Assembly (NCBI GenBank): GCA_025459175.1 | Contig: JALORC010000080.1 | Location: 443 to 64,442 of the forward strand | DNA from: Planctomycetota bacterium | Lineage (GTDB): Bacteria; Planctomycetota; UBA1135; UBA2386 | Length of the DNA stretch: 64,000 bases | Direction: 5' to 3' | Shown: in pieces, positions 55,003 through 63,889 of the stretch | Numbering within the stretch: the stretch's first letter is position 1 | How the letters are laid out: each line of letters begins with the position of its first letter | Position numbers and translations under genes: made by a program | Notes under the pieces: generated by a model | Told to the model about the DNA's origin: nothing | The model's database searches: none | Seen by the model: the letters and a program-made list of their open reading frames with translations, nothing else

Positions 55003-55434
55003 ATGGAAACGCTGGTATTGCCCTGTCCGTCGTGTGCGGCGTTGAACCGCCTGCCCAAAGCCCGCCTCGGTGACGGCCCGAAGTGCTCGTCGTGCCAGCA
55101 CGCCTTGCTCGGTGGCCCGGTCGCACTCGACGCCGCGTCGTTCGACCGCGTCGTCACCAGGACCACGCTTCCCGTCGTCGTCGACTTCTGGGCCGGCTGG
55201 TGCGGCCCGTGCCGCCAGATGGCGCCGCACTTCGCCGCGGCGGCGCAGGAACTCGCCGGGCGGTTCGTGTTCGCGAAGGTCGACACCGAGGCCGCGGCCG
55301 AGGTCGCCGCGCGCTTCGCGATCCAGTCGATCCCGACGCTGGTGCTGCTGCAGCAGGGGCAGGAGGTCCGGCGTCAGAGCGGGGCGATGCCGAAGGCCGC
55401 GCTGGTGCAGTGGCTCGGCGGCGTCACGCGGTGA
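55003..55434 (+). CDS. trxC: Thioredoxin 2 (zinc-finger N-terminal extension + WCGPC thioredoxin domain)
   Basis: METLVLPCPSCAALNRLP...GPKCSSCQHAL provides two CxxC motifs. Then ...VVVDFWAGWCGPCRQMAP... and ...IQSIPTLVLL... Confidence 0.9.
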   Translation: METLVLPCPSCAALNRLPKARLGDGPKCSSCQHALLGGPVALDAASFDRVVTRTTLPVVVDFWAGWCGPCRQMAPHFAAAAQELAGRFVFAKVDTEAAAEVAARFAIQSIPTLVLLQQGQEVRRQSGAMPKAALVQWLGGVTR

Positions 55435-56206
55435 CAGGGACCTCGTGCACGCTGATTCGCCCGTGCCGCAACCAGCCCTCGGTCAGCAGCCAGGTGCGCG
55501 CGTCGGTCACCGGTCGCACGATGGCGTCGATGCCGTGCACGGTGATGCGTTCGCGAAAGCCTGCGAACCACGGCGCCGACGTGAACGTGTCGATCGCCTG
55601 CGGCACGCTGACTTCGCGGCCTTCGGCAGCGTGCTTCTTCCCGTTGCCGAACACGTAGCGCAGCGCGTTGCGCACCTCGCGCGGCGACTTGAGGATGTGG
55701 TCGTGGTAGCGGTCGGCGAACACGCTGCCGCGGCGTGACCAGAGCTTGTTGAGTGCTCGCGCGATGCGGATCAGCAGGCCCTGCAGGCCGCGGCTGAGCG
55801 CGTCGCGACCTTCGGCTTCGCAGATCAGGTGCAGGTGGTCGTTCAGGACCGCGTAGTGGCAGAGGCGGAACTGGCCGCTGAGGTTGCGGGCGCAGCCGGC
55901 CGCGAACGCCGCGCGCAGCGCGTCGTAAGCGGGCTTGCTGCGCAGACGGGGCAAGCCGCCGCGCAGCTTCAGCGTGACGTGCACCGGGAAACGCTTCGCG
56001 AGCGGTGCGCGCTGGCGGTGCTCGACGCCGGGGCGCCCGGGGACCTTCGGTTTGCGACCAGCACCGGGACGGGCACCGCCGTGCCCGGGGCGGAACGGCA
56101 GCAATGGCGCGGTGGGCTTGCCCTTGGCTCGGCTCCTGACGCCGGACTTCGAGTCGGTGGCCTGGCGCCGCTTTGCTTCTGATCGGTGCTCGGAGATCTT
56201 CGCCAT
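55424..56206 (-). mobile_element. Y1 HUH transposase, IS200-like / REP-associated tyrosine transposase (RAYT)-like
   Basis: ATG 56206; 260 aa. Basic N-terminus with ...GGARPGAGRKPKVPGRPG...PVHVTLKL... HUH motif: LNDHLHLICE. Catalytic Tyr region: VRNALRYVFGNGKKH. The 3' end overlaps the trxC 3' end by 11 nt (convergent). Confidence 0.8.
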
Positions 56207-56388
56207 CTTGATAGGGCGGAAATATAGGTTCGGCCTGCTGAACATGCAAGCAAGCGACTCGAGATCCCGCGGCGGAGGTGACATGGCGGGAGATGCGAGA
56301 GCCGACCTGAGACAGGGCCGTTGCGCGCCGCTCGGTCACCGGTCGGGGACGCGACGATGTCGCGAGACCGCCGACCCGGTTGTTTGCG

Positions 56389-59300
56389 CTACCGCGGCTG
56401 GAAGCGATACGACAGCGCGAACGTCTCGATCGACGGCGACAGCGGCGGGTTGCTGTCGATGTTGTTGCCGGTCACGAAGCGCCAGTTCACGTAGCGGATG
56501 TCGCGCGGCGTGAACACCTCGTTGGGGCCCTGGTACTGCGCGGTGAACACCGGATCGAACAGGTCGTTCGGCTCCTCGACGTAGCGGGTCACCGTGCGGT
56601 TGTAGGGATAGGTCCACCAGTTGCGCCCGCCGCGGGTGTCCCACTTGCGGAGGTGGGCGTCGCCGGCCTTGCGCGGGTCGAGCGGGAAGTTGATCGACGT
56701 CGGCCGCAGCTGCTGCCGCATGCTCGCGTCGTAGATCGCGTTCGGGAACAGCGCGTTGTTGCCGTTCATCCACGCACTCCAGTACCACGGCAGTGGATCG
56801 ACGATGCCGGCGGCGCGGTACTGGGCCACCCACGAAGTGCCGGCTTCGAGGCGCGACAGCGGTGGATCGAAGCTGGCCGCGAGCCGCGGCAGCAGGCCGT
56901 CGGGCAGCGTGCTGGCGTCGTTCTCGAGGAAGAACGGGCCCAGGCGCGGATCGGCGAAACCCTCCGGCACCCGGTGCGGGTTGTGCAGATCGAGGAAGCC
57001 CGAGGTGATCACGCTCTGGCGTCGCACCAGGTCGAGCATGATCCAATACAGCGTGTTGTCGCCGCCGGTGAACGGTGCCGGCGGGGTCACCGCGCCGGCC
57101 AACGTGAAACCGCCGGCGGCCTCGGTCCAGGCCTGGTCGGCCGGGGTCCGGCACAGCGGCGGCGAGCCGTTGGCGAGCGCGCCGCGGCCGCCCGAGAACA
57201 CGCGGAAGTTCGGCCGTTCGTTCGATTGGGTCGTGATCGCGGTCTGCCAGCCGTTGGTGCCGAGCGCGATGTAGCCGTCGCCGTCCGGCAGCTCGGCGGT
57301 GTCGCACCAGGTCCAGAAATCGGCCAGCAGCGGCATCGCGATGCTGCCGACGAGGCCGCCGGTGAAGTTGTCGATGCCGCCGGTCAGGTTCTCGTTCGGC
57401 AGGTCGTTCCAGAACGAGCCGGTGAAGTTGACGTTGCCAGGCAGCCCGCCGACGTCGACCGTGCGGCGGCCCTGACCCATCGCGAACGGCGACGAGATGT
57501 GCGGTGCGTACGGCTGCGGGGCGCGATCGGAACCGGCCTCGGCGCCGCGGCCACCTTGCTCCATCACCGTCTCGTCGCGGAAGACGAAGAACGGGCGGCG
57601 GAAGCTCGGCAGCGGCAGGAAGCGATTGGTCCCGGTCGGCTCGAGCACGGCCGCCACCGACGCGATCACCAGCGGGGCGTCGACGTAGGCGGTGGTGCGC
57701 GGCGCCTGGCTCTCGACGCCGCTGCCGTTGCCGGACGGGATCGGGTTCCACAGGAAGTTCCGTTCGAACAGGTTCCGCAGTCCCGACTGCGGCATCGACG
57801 GCAACGCGCTGGTGGCGCCGACACACGGAGTCGGGCGGTACTCGGCGTGTCCGAGCCACAGGCTGAGGCGATCGAACTCGTCGAACGACAGCTGGCCCTC
57901 GCGGAACGGCGCCCAGTACATCTGCTCGATGTCGAGGTTGAAGTCGGCGGGATCGGTGCGCGACAAGCTGAGGTCGATCTCGCGCCACACGGTCTGCAGC
58001 CGACAGCCGTACGGGTTCAGCGGGTTCTGGATGCCGCTGCCGACCGCGACGCGGGACGTGCCGATCCCCGTCTGCGCCTGGCCGCTGACGGTCGCCGGGC
58101 ACCACGCGAGCGGGTTCGGCAGTGCCGGCGGTGGGGTCGGTGTGACGAACGGCGCCTGGTTCCGGTCGTCGGCGATCGCGCGGGTGCGAATGGTCGGTCG
58201 CCCCTCCAGCCGGCCGTCGATCTGCACGTACGACCCGAACAGGTCGTCGAGCGGGGCCGCCGCCGCTCGCGCGCCGAGGCCGGGCGGCTGCACCTCCTCG
58301 GGGCGGAACCAGCTCGGATTGCTGTCCTCGTCGTTGGACTCGAAGCGCCGCACCACCGACACCGCGATGTTGTCGGCGACCAGTGGTCGCCCGCCGTCGC
58401 GGCGGGTGTCGAGCGAGAACGGCAGCACGAAGGCGCTGGCATTGGCCGGGGTGCTGCCCTGCAGGTCGAGTGCATTGCCCGCCAGATCGCGGATGCCACC
58501 TTGCGGCGACGCCGAGATCACGTGCAGGAAGTAGCGATGGTCGGCCCCGGGAGCCGGATTGCGCATCGCGCCACCGAGATAGAAGCCGCTGTTCGGCTGC
58601 AGCCGCAGCGTGGTCTGCGAACCGTCCTCGTCGATGACACGGGCCGCGACCAGGAACGGGGTGCGGTACTTCGCTTCGTCGAACGCGCCCGGGTCGAGGC
58701 CCGGACTGGCGGTGCCGTTCGGCCGTTCGGCGACGAACTGCTCGCGCCGCGCGACATCGGTGAGATCGCGCATCGCGAAGTAGAACGTGTCGGCCCACTG
58801 CACCGAGTCGAGGTCGACCGGCTTGGTGAAGCGCACGATGGCGGCGGCGAACGGCGACAGCGACTCGTTCGGCCGCGGCTGCACGCCGTTCTGCGGCAGC
58901 GGTCCGGGCGTGAACGACACGAAGTTGCGCGGGTCGTCGCCACCGCCCGGGCCGCCGGCGCGGAACTCGGCGCTGCAGATCGCGCGCGGGGCGTTGGCGA
59001 CCAGCCAGGACGGCCGCTGCAGTTCGTCAGTGGGGAAGTCGGGGCGGTTGCTCGGGTCGATCGCCTCGAGCCCGGCGATGGGGCGAATGCGCACGCGCAC
59101 TCGTGCCGTGGCCGGGTCGATCGCGTCGTCGGTCGGCTCTACGATCACCTCGCCGCCGGTGAACTCGGTGGTGGTGCCGGCGACGAAGCGGAACACGTCG
59201 CCGCGGTCGATGCCGTGCACGAGGTCGCCCTTCCACACGGTGATCTCCTGGGCGCTGTCGCCGATCGCCTCGACGCGTTCGAGATACATCGGGATGTCGC

Positions 59301-60270
59301 CGACCAGGCGCAGCGGCAGGTTGTCGCGCACGAAGCCGCTGGCCAGATCGGCCGAGACGTCGCCGCGGTTGCCGCTGCGGAAGTCGCGCACGACGGCGTT
59401 GCGCGCCCCGTTGTCGCGCCCGAGCAGGCCGTTCCGCGGTTCGCGCAGGCTCGGCAGCGCGAGCGGGCCCTCGAGGGCCAGGGCGATGCGCAGGTTGGCG
59501 CCGATCGCATCGTCCGATGCCGGCATGCCGGCCGGGTTGTTGGCGCTCGCGTAGGCGAAGCCTTCTTCGCCGAGCAGCACCGGATCGAGCACCATCTCGC
59601 GCTCGCGCACGACGATGCGCACCGGCAGCGGCTCGAACGCGTTCGGCTGCTCCGGGTCGCCGGCGATGCGCAGCAGCTGCACTGCTTCGGTGTTGCGCGT
59701 GCCGCGCACGCGGCCCTGGTCGTCGCGGGCGACGAAGAAGTCGTCGTCGACGCCGAGTGGCGCGGTGAAGGAGAGGCGCAGCGCGGCGTTGCGGGGCACG
59801 ACCGAGAACGGGAAGCCGGGGCGGTTCTCGCCGTATCGCATCGGCGTCACTTCGCGCAGTTCGTCGTCGAGCGCATCGAAGGCGCGGGTGAACGCAGGGT
59901 CGTCGAGGTCGCGCGGGATCAGCAGGCGCGGTTGCAGCGTCGCCGGGTCGGTGCCGAAGAAGTCGTACTGCACCTGCGCGTCGAGCAGTTCGGAGCCGTC
60001 CGGGCGTTGGTCCGCGATGTCGGCGCCGATCACGACGTCGCGCCGGAACAGGGTCGGGATCGGGCCGTCGGGGCTCGGGCGCAGGCCGTAGACGTCGACG
60101 AGGCGGCCGTAGTCGACGCGCTGCAGCTGCGGTTGGGTGGTGTCGCCGGGCTGCAGTCCACCCGGGCGACCGCTGCCGCGTTCGCAGCCGCACCACAACA
60201 CGAGCAACAGCGCGAACCGGCAGCGGGGGCGGTCGCGGTACGGAACCGGGGCCGGGCAGGGAATGGCCAT
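56389..60270 (-). CDS. Very large hypothetical lipoprotein/secreted protein (1293 aa), no family recognised
   Basis: ATG 60270 is preceded by AAGGAG 7-8 nt upstream. N-terminus: MAIPCPAPVPYRDRPRCRFALLLVLWCGC. Diverse Trp/Tyr/Phe/Asn/Asp-rich composition throughout. The 1547-aa opposite-strand ORF is Arg/Ala/Val/Glu shadow over this span. Confidence 0.8.
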   Translation of the reverse strand: MAIPCPAPVPYRDRPRCRFALLLVLWCGCERGSGRPGGLQPGDTTQPQLQRVDYGRLVDVYGLRPSPDGPIPTLFRRDVVIGADIADQRPDGSELLDAQVQYDFFGTDPATLQPRLLIPRDLDDPAFTRAFDALDDELREVTPMRYGENRPGFPFSVVPRNAALRLSFTAPLGVDDDFFVARDDQGRVRGTRNTEAVQLLRIAGDPEQPNAFEPLPVRIVVREREMVLDPVLLGEEGFAYASANNPAGMPASDDAIGANLRIALALEGPLALPSLREPRNGLLGRDNGARNAVVRDFRSGNRGDVSADLASGFVRDNLPLRLVGDIPMYLERVEAIGDSAQEITVWKGDLVHGIDRGDVFRFVAGTTTEFTGGEVIVEPTDDAIDPATARVRVRIRPIAGLEAIDPSNRPDFPTDELQRPSWLVANAPRAICSAEFRAGGPGGGDDPRNFVSFTPGPLPQNGVQPRPNESLSPFAAAIVRFTKPVDLDSVQWADTFYFAMRDLTDVARREQFVAERPNGTASPGLDPGAFDEAKYRTPFLVAARVIDEDGSQTTLRLQPNSGFYLGGAMRNPAPGADHRYFLHVISASPQGGIRDLAGNALDLQGSTPANASAFVLPFSLDTRRDGGRPLVADNIAVSVVRRFESNDEDSNPSWFRPEEVQPPGLGARAAAAPLDDLFGSYVQIDGRLEGRPTIRTRAIADDRNQAPFVTPTPPPALPNPLAWCPATVSGQAQTGIGTSRVAVGSGIQNPLNPYGCRLQTVWREIDLSLSRTDPADFNLDIEQMYWAPFREGQLSFDEFDRLSLWLGHAEYRPTPCVGATSALPSMPQSGLRNLFERNFLWNPIPSGNGSGVESQAPRTTAYVDAPLVIASVAAVLEPTGTNRFLPLPSFRRPFFVFRDETVMEQGGRGAEAGSDRAPQPYAPHISSPFAMGQGRRTVDVGGLPGNVNFTGSFWNDLPNENLTGGIDNFTGGLVGSIAMPLLADFWTWCDTAELPDGDGYIALGTNGWQTAITTQSNERPNFRVFSGGRGALANGSPPLCRTPADQAWTEAAGGFTLAGAVTPPAPFTGGDNTLYWIMLDLVRRQSVITSGFLDLHNPHRVPEGFADPRLGPFFLENDASTLPDGLLPRLAASFDPPLSRLEAGTSWVAQYRAAGIVDPLPWYWSAWMNGNNALFPNAIYDASMRQQLRPTSINFPLDPRKAGDAHLRKWDTRGGRNWWTYPYNRTVTRYVEEPNDLFDPVFTAQYQGPNEVFTPRDIRYVNWRFVTGNNIDSNPPLSPSIETFALSYRFQPR

Positions 60271-60483
60271 GAGGGGTCTCCTTCGCGGCCACCGCGGGCG
60301 GTGGCACGATGCGTCGCCGGTCCGGCGAGGGGGACGCTTCGTCGAACCGGCCGCTGCGTGACAAACGCCGTGCCGGGGTGTCGTCGTCGCAGTTGCTCAG
60401 GGGGGGCGTGGTGCGGCGAGGCCTCGCGAGTGCTCTGCGAGCGGAATGCAGGTGCGCTTTCGCTCCGCGCAGCAGCGGTCCTC

Positions 60484-61023
60484 ATGCGACCGGAGCCAGG
60501 GGCGCCGCTGGAGAGCAGGGTGCGGGAGCTCTGGCGATCGAGTTCGCAAAGTGCTTTGACCGCCGAACGCGCTCGCCGCATGGTCGCCACTTGCGACCTC
60601 GACGCTCTCGGGGACACGGTTCTGTACGTCTTGACAGGCTCCGGCGTCGCGATGGATACCGTAGGTGCCGTGCGCGGTGCATTGGCGCAGCGTGACCATG
60701 GCCATGCCCATGAGGTATTGAGTGTGTTCGACGGAATCGCGTGGGCTGCGGAGTTCATTGTGCCGGAGTCGCGCGAGGCTCGAGTCCGACTGCTGCGTTT
60801 GCGGGATCCGGTGCTCTTCGTTCGTGTGTTGCGCGAAATGCAACGGGCCAACCAACTGGGCCCCGAAGATCTGCGCCTGGCGAGGGCAATGATGGCTGAT
60901 CTGGGCGAAGGTCTGGTGCGGGTGCCGATCGAGGATGGCGGGTACTCCAGGGTGGTCGGAGAGCAGTGCATTCGACGACTGCAGCTGGCACTCGAGGTGC
61001 TGCTGGAGGAACGCGGCGGTTGA
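60484..61023 (+). CDS. Hypothetical protein (179 aa)
   Basis: This is the 3' end of the 1547-aa plus-strand ORF, beyond the start of the lipoprotein gene. Composition changes to protein-like: ...VLYVLTGSGVAMDTVGAVRGALAQRDHGHAHEVLSVFDGIAWAAEFIVPESREARVRLLRLRDPVLFVRVLREMQRANQLGPEDLRLARAMM... GC is visibly lower. The start is uncertain (ATG 60484 or GTG 60429). Confidence 0.55.
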   Translation: MRPEPGAPLESRVRELWRSSSQSALTAERARRMVATCDLDALGDTVLYVLTGSGVAMDTVGAVRGALAQRDHGHAHEVLSVFDGIAWAAEFIVPESREARVRLLRLRDPVLFVRVLREMQRANQLGPEDLRLARAMMADLGEGLVRVPIEDGGYSRVVGEQCIRRLQLALEVLLEERGG

Positions 61024-61068
61024 TCGGCGGGTCTCCGGCGGCGGCGTTATCTCCCATGCATCCCGCGT

Positions 61069-61118
61069 GCGCGACCGCCGAGTTGGCGGCATGCGCAGAA
61101 TCGACGTGGGCGCTCGGC
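61069..61118 (+). repeat. 50-nt repeat, copy A (42/50 identical to copy B at 63421-63470)
   Basis: GCGCGACCGCCGAGTTGGCGGCATGCGCAGAATCGACGTGGGCGCTCGGC. Aligned base by base with copy B, there are 8 mismatches and no gaps. It contains the small hairpin CCGCC-gagtt-GGCGG. Confidence 0.6.
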
Positions 61119-61311
61119 TTGGTGAGATCCGCCAGGTGCCAGACGGTGGTCCGGGACCGCAGCTCGAGTTTCCCGCGCCTTTGCGGTGTGCGTGGACGGA
61201 CTGACTCTGACGGCGGAACCTGGCAGCCTGCTTCCAGACCATCGGTGGCCCTCCGCCTGGTGCTGCGGCGCGGGTAGAGTCTCGGCTCGTTCCTGGCCTG
61301 CCAGCTCCACC

Positions 61312-61818
61312 ATGCGCGACAAGACACCGCTCGTGTTTGCCCTGTTCGCTGCGGCAGCTTGCCGAGAAGCAGCGAGATCTGGACCGACCGATCCCGCGCT
61401 GCAGGAGCTGCTCGGTGCCACTCGCATCGAGATCTACGCACTCGATCTCCTCGACACTCGGGATCGACCGGCGAGTGCGCCACCGCTGGAAGCGAGCCGC
61501 GTGTTCCACGACTGCGAGATCCTCGGCCGTGCCGAACTGGTGGCGCCAGCGCAGCGCGAACGGCTCGTGAGCCTCTTGCAGCGTGGCTTCGACGAGAACG
61601 ACACCAAGGTAGGGAAGTGCTGGGCTCCGCGTCACGGCGTGCATGCCGAGTTTGCCGGTGGCAAAGTCGACCTGGTGGTCTGCTTCCAGTGCCTGCAGGC
61701 AGAAGTCTACGACAGCCGCAGCAACGCCGGCGCGCGCCGCCACGAGCTGATCGCGGACAGCGTCGAGCCGGAGGTCACGCAGATCTACCGCGCACTCGGG
61801 TTGCGCATCGCCGACTGA
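61312..61818 (+). CDS. Hypothetical lipoprotein (168 aa)
   Basis: ATG 61312. MRDKTPLVFALFAAAAC is a signal peptide with lipobox AAAC. Then ...IEIYALDLLD...FHDCEILGRAEL...KCWAPRHGVHAEFAGGKVDLVVCFQCLQAEVY... No family recognised. Confidence 0.6.
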   Translation: MRDKTPLVFALFAAAACREAARSGPTDPALQELLGATRIEIYALDLLDTRDRPASAPPLEASRVFHDCEILGRAELVAPAQRERLVSLLQRGFDENDTKVGKCWAPRHGVHAEFAGGKVDLVVCFQCLQAEVYDSRSNAGARRHELIADSVEPEVTQIYRALGLRIAD

Positions 61819-62004
61819 CGCAGACAGAGCGGCGGGGCACGCATCCGGCTCAGGCCCACGGCCGCAGCCGGCGCGAATCCGGTGCGACATCCAGCGGCGG
61901 CGGCAGCAGCGCGCCAGCCAGGGTGGCAGCCGGAGCGGCTGCCATGAAGCGACTGTCCATCGTCGTCTCGGCCTGATCGCGGCTGCCGCCGGCCGGTGGC
62001 TCGG

Positions 62005-63330
62005 TCATCCCGCCGGCGGCACTGCAGGCGCGCGCGGCTCGATGGCCTTCACCAGGACCCGCGAGCGACGCCCACTCTGTTCGTAACGGGCGCGCCGTTC
62101 GGGCGGCAGATCGTCCGGGCTGCCGTCGGCAAAGCCGGCCTTCGACCGGAAGTAGTTGAACGTCTGCGTGGAGAGCGCGAGCAGTGTAGTGAGTCCCGCC
62201 TCGCGCGCCCGGTCCTCGACGAACTGGACCATGCGTCGGCCGATGCCCTGGTTCTCGTGCGAGGGCCGCACGGAGAGGCATGCCAGCTCGCCCTTGTTCT
62301 GGTCGGGATAGACGTGCAGGGCGATGCAGGCGACCGGGTTGCGGTCGACCTCGAAGAGAAAATAGTCGCCGATGCGCCGCTCGATGTCGGCCCGCGATCG
62401 CGGCAGCAGTTCCTCGTTCTCCACCGACAGGTGGATCAACTTCTCGATGCTGCGCGCGTCGCGTTTGCGCGCCTTGCGGATCTGTCGGTACGCGTTGGCA
62501 TGCACCAACGTGCCGATGCCCTCGTTCGAGAACACCTCGGCCAGCAGGCCCTCGTCGACTCGCCCGTCGATCACGTGCACGCGAGCGACGCCGGCCTTGC
62601 AGGCGGCGACCGCATGGCGCGCCTTGCTGACCTGCTCCGGTGCGACGGCACCGCGCTGCAGCGCCTCGGCGAGTTCGTCGACGGCGAGGTGGTGGGCGAG
62701 TTCCTTGTTCACCACGAGGCCGTCCGCCGTCGTGATGAAGATGACCTTGACCGCGCCGATCGCCTTGGCGATCTCCACGGCCACGGCATCCGAGTTGACG
62801 CGGTAGCTGCGGCCGTCGCCGTCGATGCCGAGCGGCGGCACCACCGGCACGATGCCGCTCTGGAGCAACATCTGCAGGGGTTCGACGTCGATGCGCTCGA
62901 CCCGTCCCGTGCAGAGATGGTCGATGCCACGCAGGATGCCCATCGGGTGGGCGATCACGGCGTTCGTGCTGGCGCCGCGCAGATCGGCGACGCTGAGCCC
63001 GGCGAGCACCTCGTGGGTCACGCGGTTGGCCGCGGTCAGGGCCAACTGCAGCGTCGCGCCGTCGGTGACTCCCGAACCATCGAGGTTCGACGCGACGACG
63101 CCCTTCTCGGTGGCCAGGGCCTGGATCTGCGCGGCTGCCCCGTGCACGAGAACGGTGCGGATGTTGACCGACCAGAGCACCGCCACGTCCATCAGGATGT
63201 TGCCGAAGTTGTCGTCGCCGACGATCGCGCCATCGATCGCGATGACGAACGTCTTCTCGCGGAACTGCGGGATGTAGCGAAGGATGCCCCTGAGGTCGGT
63301 TGGCCGCATGACGAGTGTGTTGGGCATCAC
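62005..63330 (-). CDS. argA: Amino-acid N-acetyltransferase (N-acetylglutamate synthase; AAK + GNAT domains)
   Basis: ...FREKTFVIAIDGAIV...VLVHGAAAQI... and ...PVVPPLGIDGDGRSYRVNSDAVAVEIAKAIGAVKVIFIT... form the amino-acid kinase fold. The C-terminal GNAT part is ...ELACLSVRPSHENQGIGRRMVQFVEDRAREAG... Confidence 0.9.
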   Translation of the reverse strand: MMPNTLVMRPTDLRGILRYIPQFREKTFVIAIDGAIVGDDNFGNILMDVAVLWSVNIRTVLVHGAAAQIQALATEKGVVASNLDGSGVTDGATLQLALTAANRVTHEVLAGLSVADLRGASTNAVIAHPMGILRGIDHLCTGRVERIDVEPLQMLLQSGIVPVVPPLGIDGDGRSYRVNSDAVAVEIAKAIGAVKVIFITTADGLVVNKELAHHLAVDELAEALQRGAVAPEQVSKARHAVAACKAGVARVHVIDGRVDEGLLAEVFSNEGIGTLVHANAYRQIRKARKRDARSIEKLIHLSVENEELLPRSRADIERRIGDYFLFEVDRNPVACIALHVYPDQNKGELACLSVRPSHENQGIGRRMVQFVEDRAREAGLTTLLALSTQTFNYFRSKAGFADGSPDDLPPERRARYEQSGRRSRVLVKAIEPRAPAVPPAG

Positions 63331-63420
63331 TACACCACCGGCGCTCCCGGTCCGAGAGGGTTCTGCCCTGGTCGCTGGTTAGCGTCCGACGGCGGCGTGA
63401 ACTTCCCGTGGATCGCGCGC

Positions 63421-63470
63421 GCGTGACCGCCAAGTTGGCCGCATGCAAAGAATCGACGTAGGCACGCGGC
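63421..63470 (+). repeat. 50-nt repeat, copy B (same orientation as copy A)
   Basis: GCGTGACCGCCAAGTTGGCCGCATGCAAAGAATCGACGTAGGCACGCGGC. A third partial match to the GAGTTGGCGG core lies at 63486-63495. Confidence 0.6.
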
Positions 63471-63889
63471 CGACGACCCGCAGCGAGTTGGCGGAGTGGT
63501 GCTCGCCGGCGTCGGCCGACCCGCATCCAGCGGGATGGGCGTGGCGGAGTATGCCTGTCCCCTCTGCGTCTCGATCCCGACGCCCTGCCAATGTCATCGC
63601 CGGCTCGGAACGACGAGGCGCGAAGTCGAGGTCGTCGGCACGAAGCTCGCCGAGGTGACGCTGGCGCGATCGGCAGGGGTCACGGCGGACGGCCTCGGAG
63701 TGCGGGTTGGCTATGGGCTCCGCAGCATCGAAGTGCCGCGCGGTATCGACGAAAGTGATCCGCGTGGTCTGGTTGCGGCATGAATGGGATTTCCACCTTC
63801 CCGAACTGACCGCGCCACCTGACCCGGAAGCGACGGGAGATACCCCACGGCCCTCCACCCCTGGCACCCCAGCCAGGAAGGAAGTCCCG

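Noticed and set aside
56380-60483. The first 1368 codons of the 1547-aa plus-strand ORF (56380..61023).
   Set aside because: The composition (RRRQRRVAVDVVAGHEAPVHVADVARREH...) is shadow-like. The span is antisense to the 1293-aa lipoprotein gene, which has a strong RBS and complex composition. Only the last 179 codons (60484-61023), which lie beyond that gene, were kept as a possible CDS.
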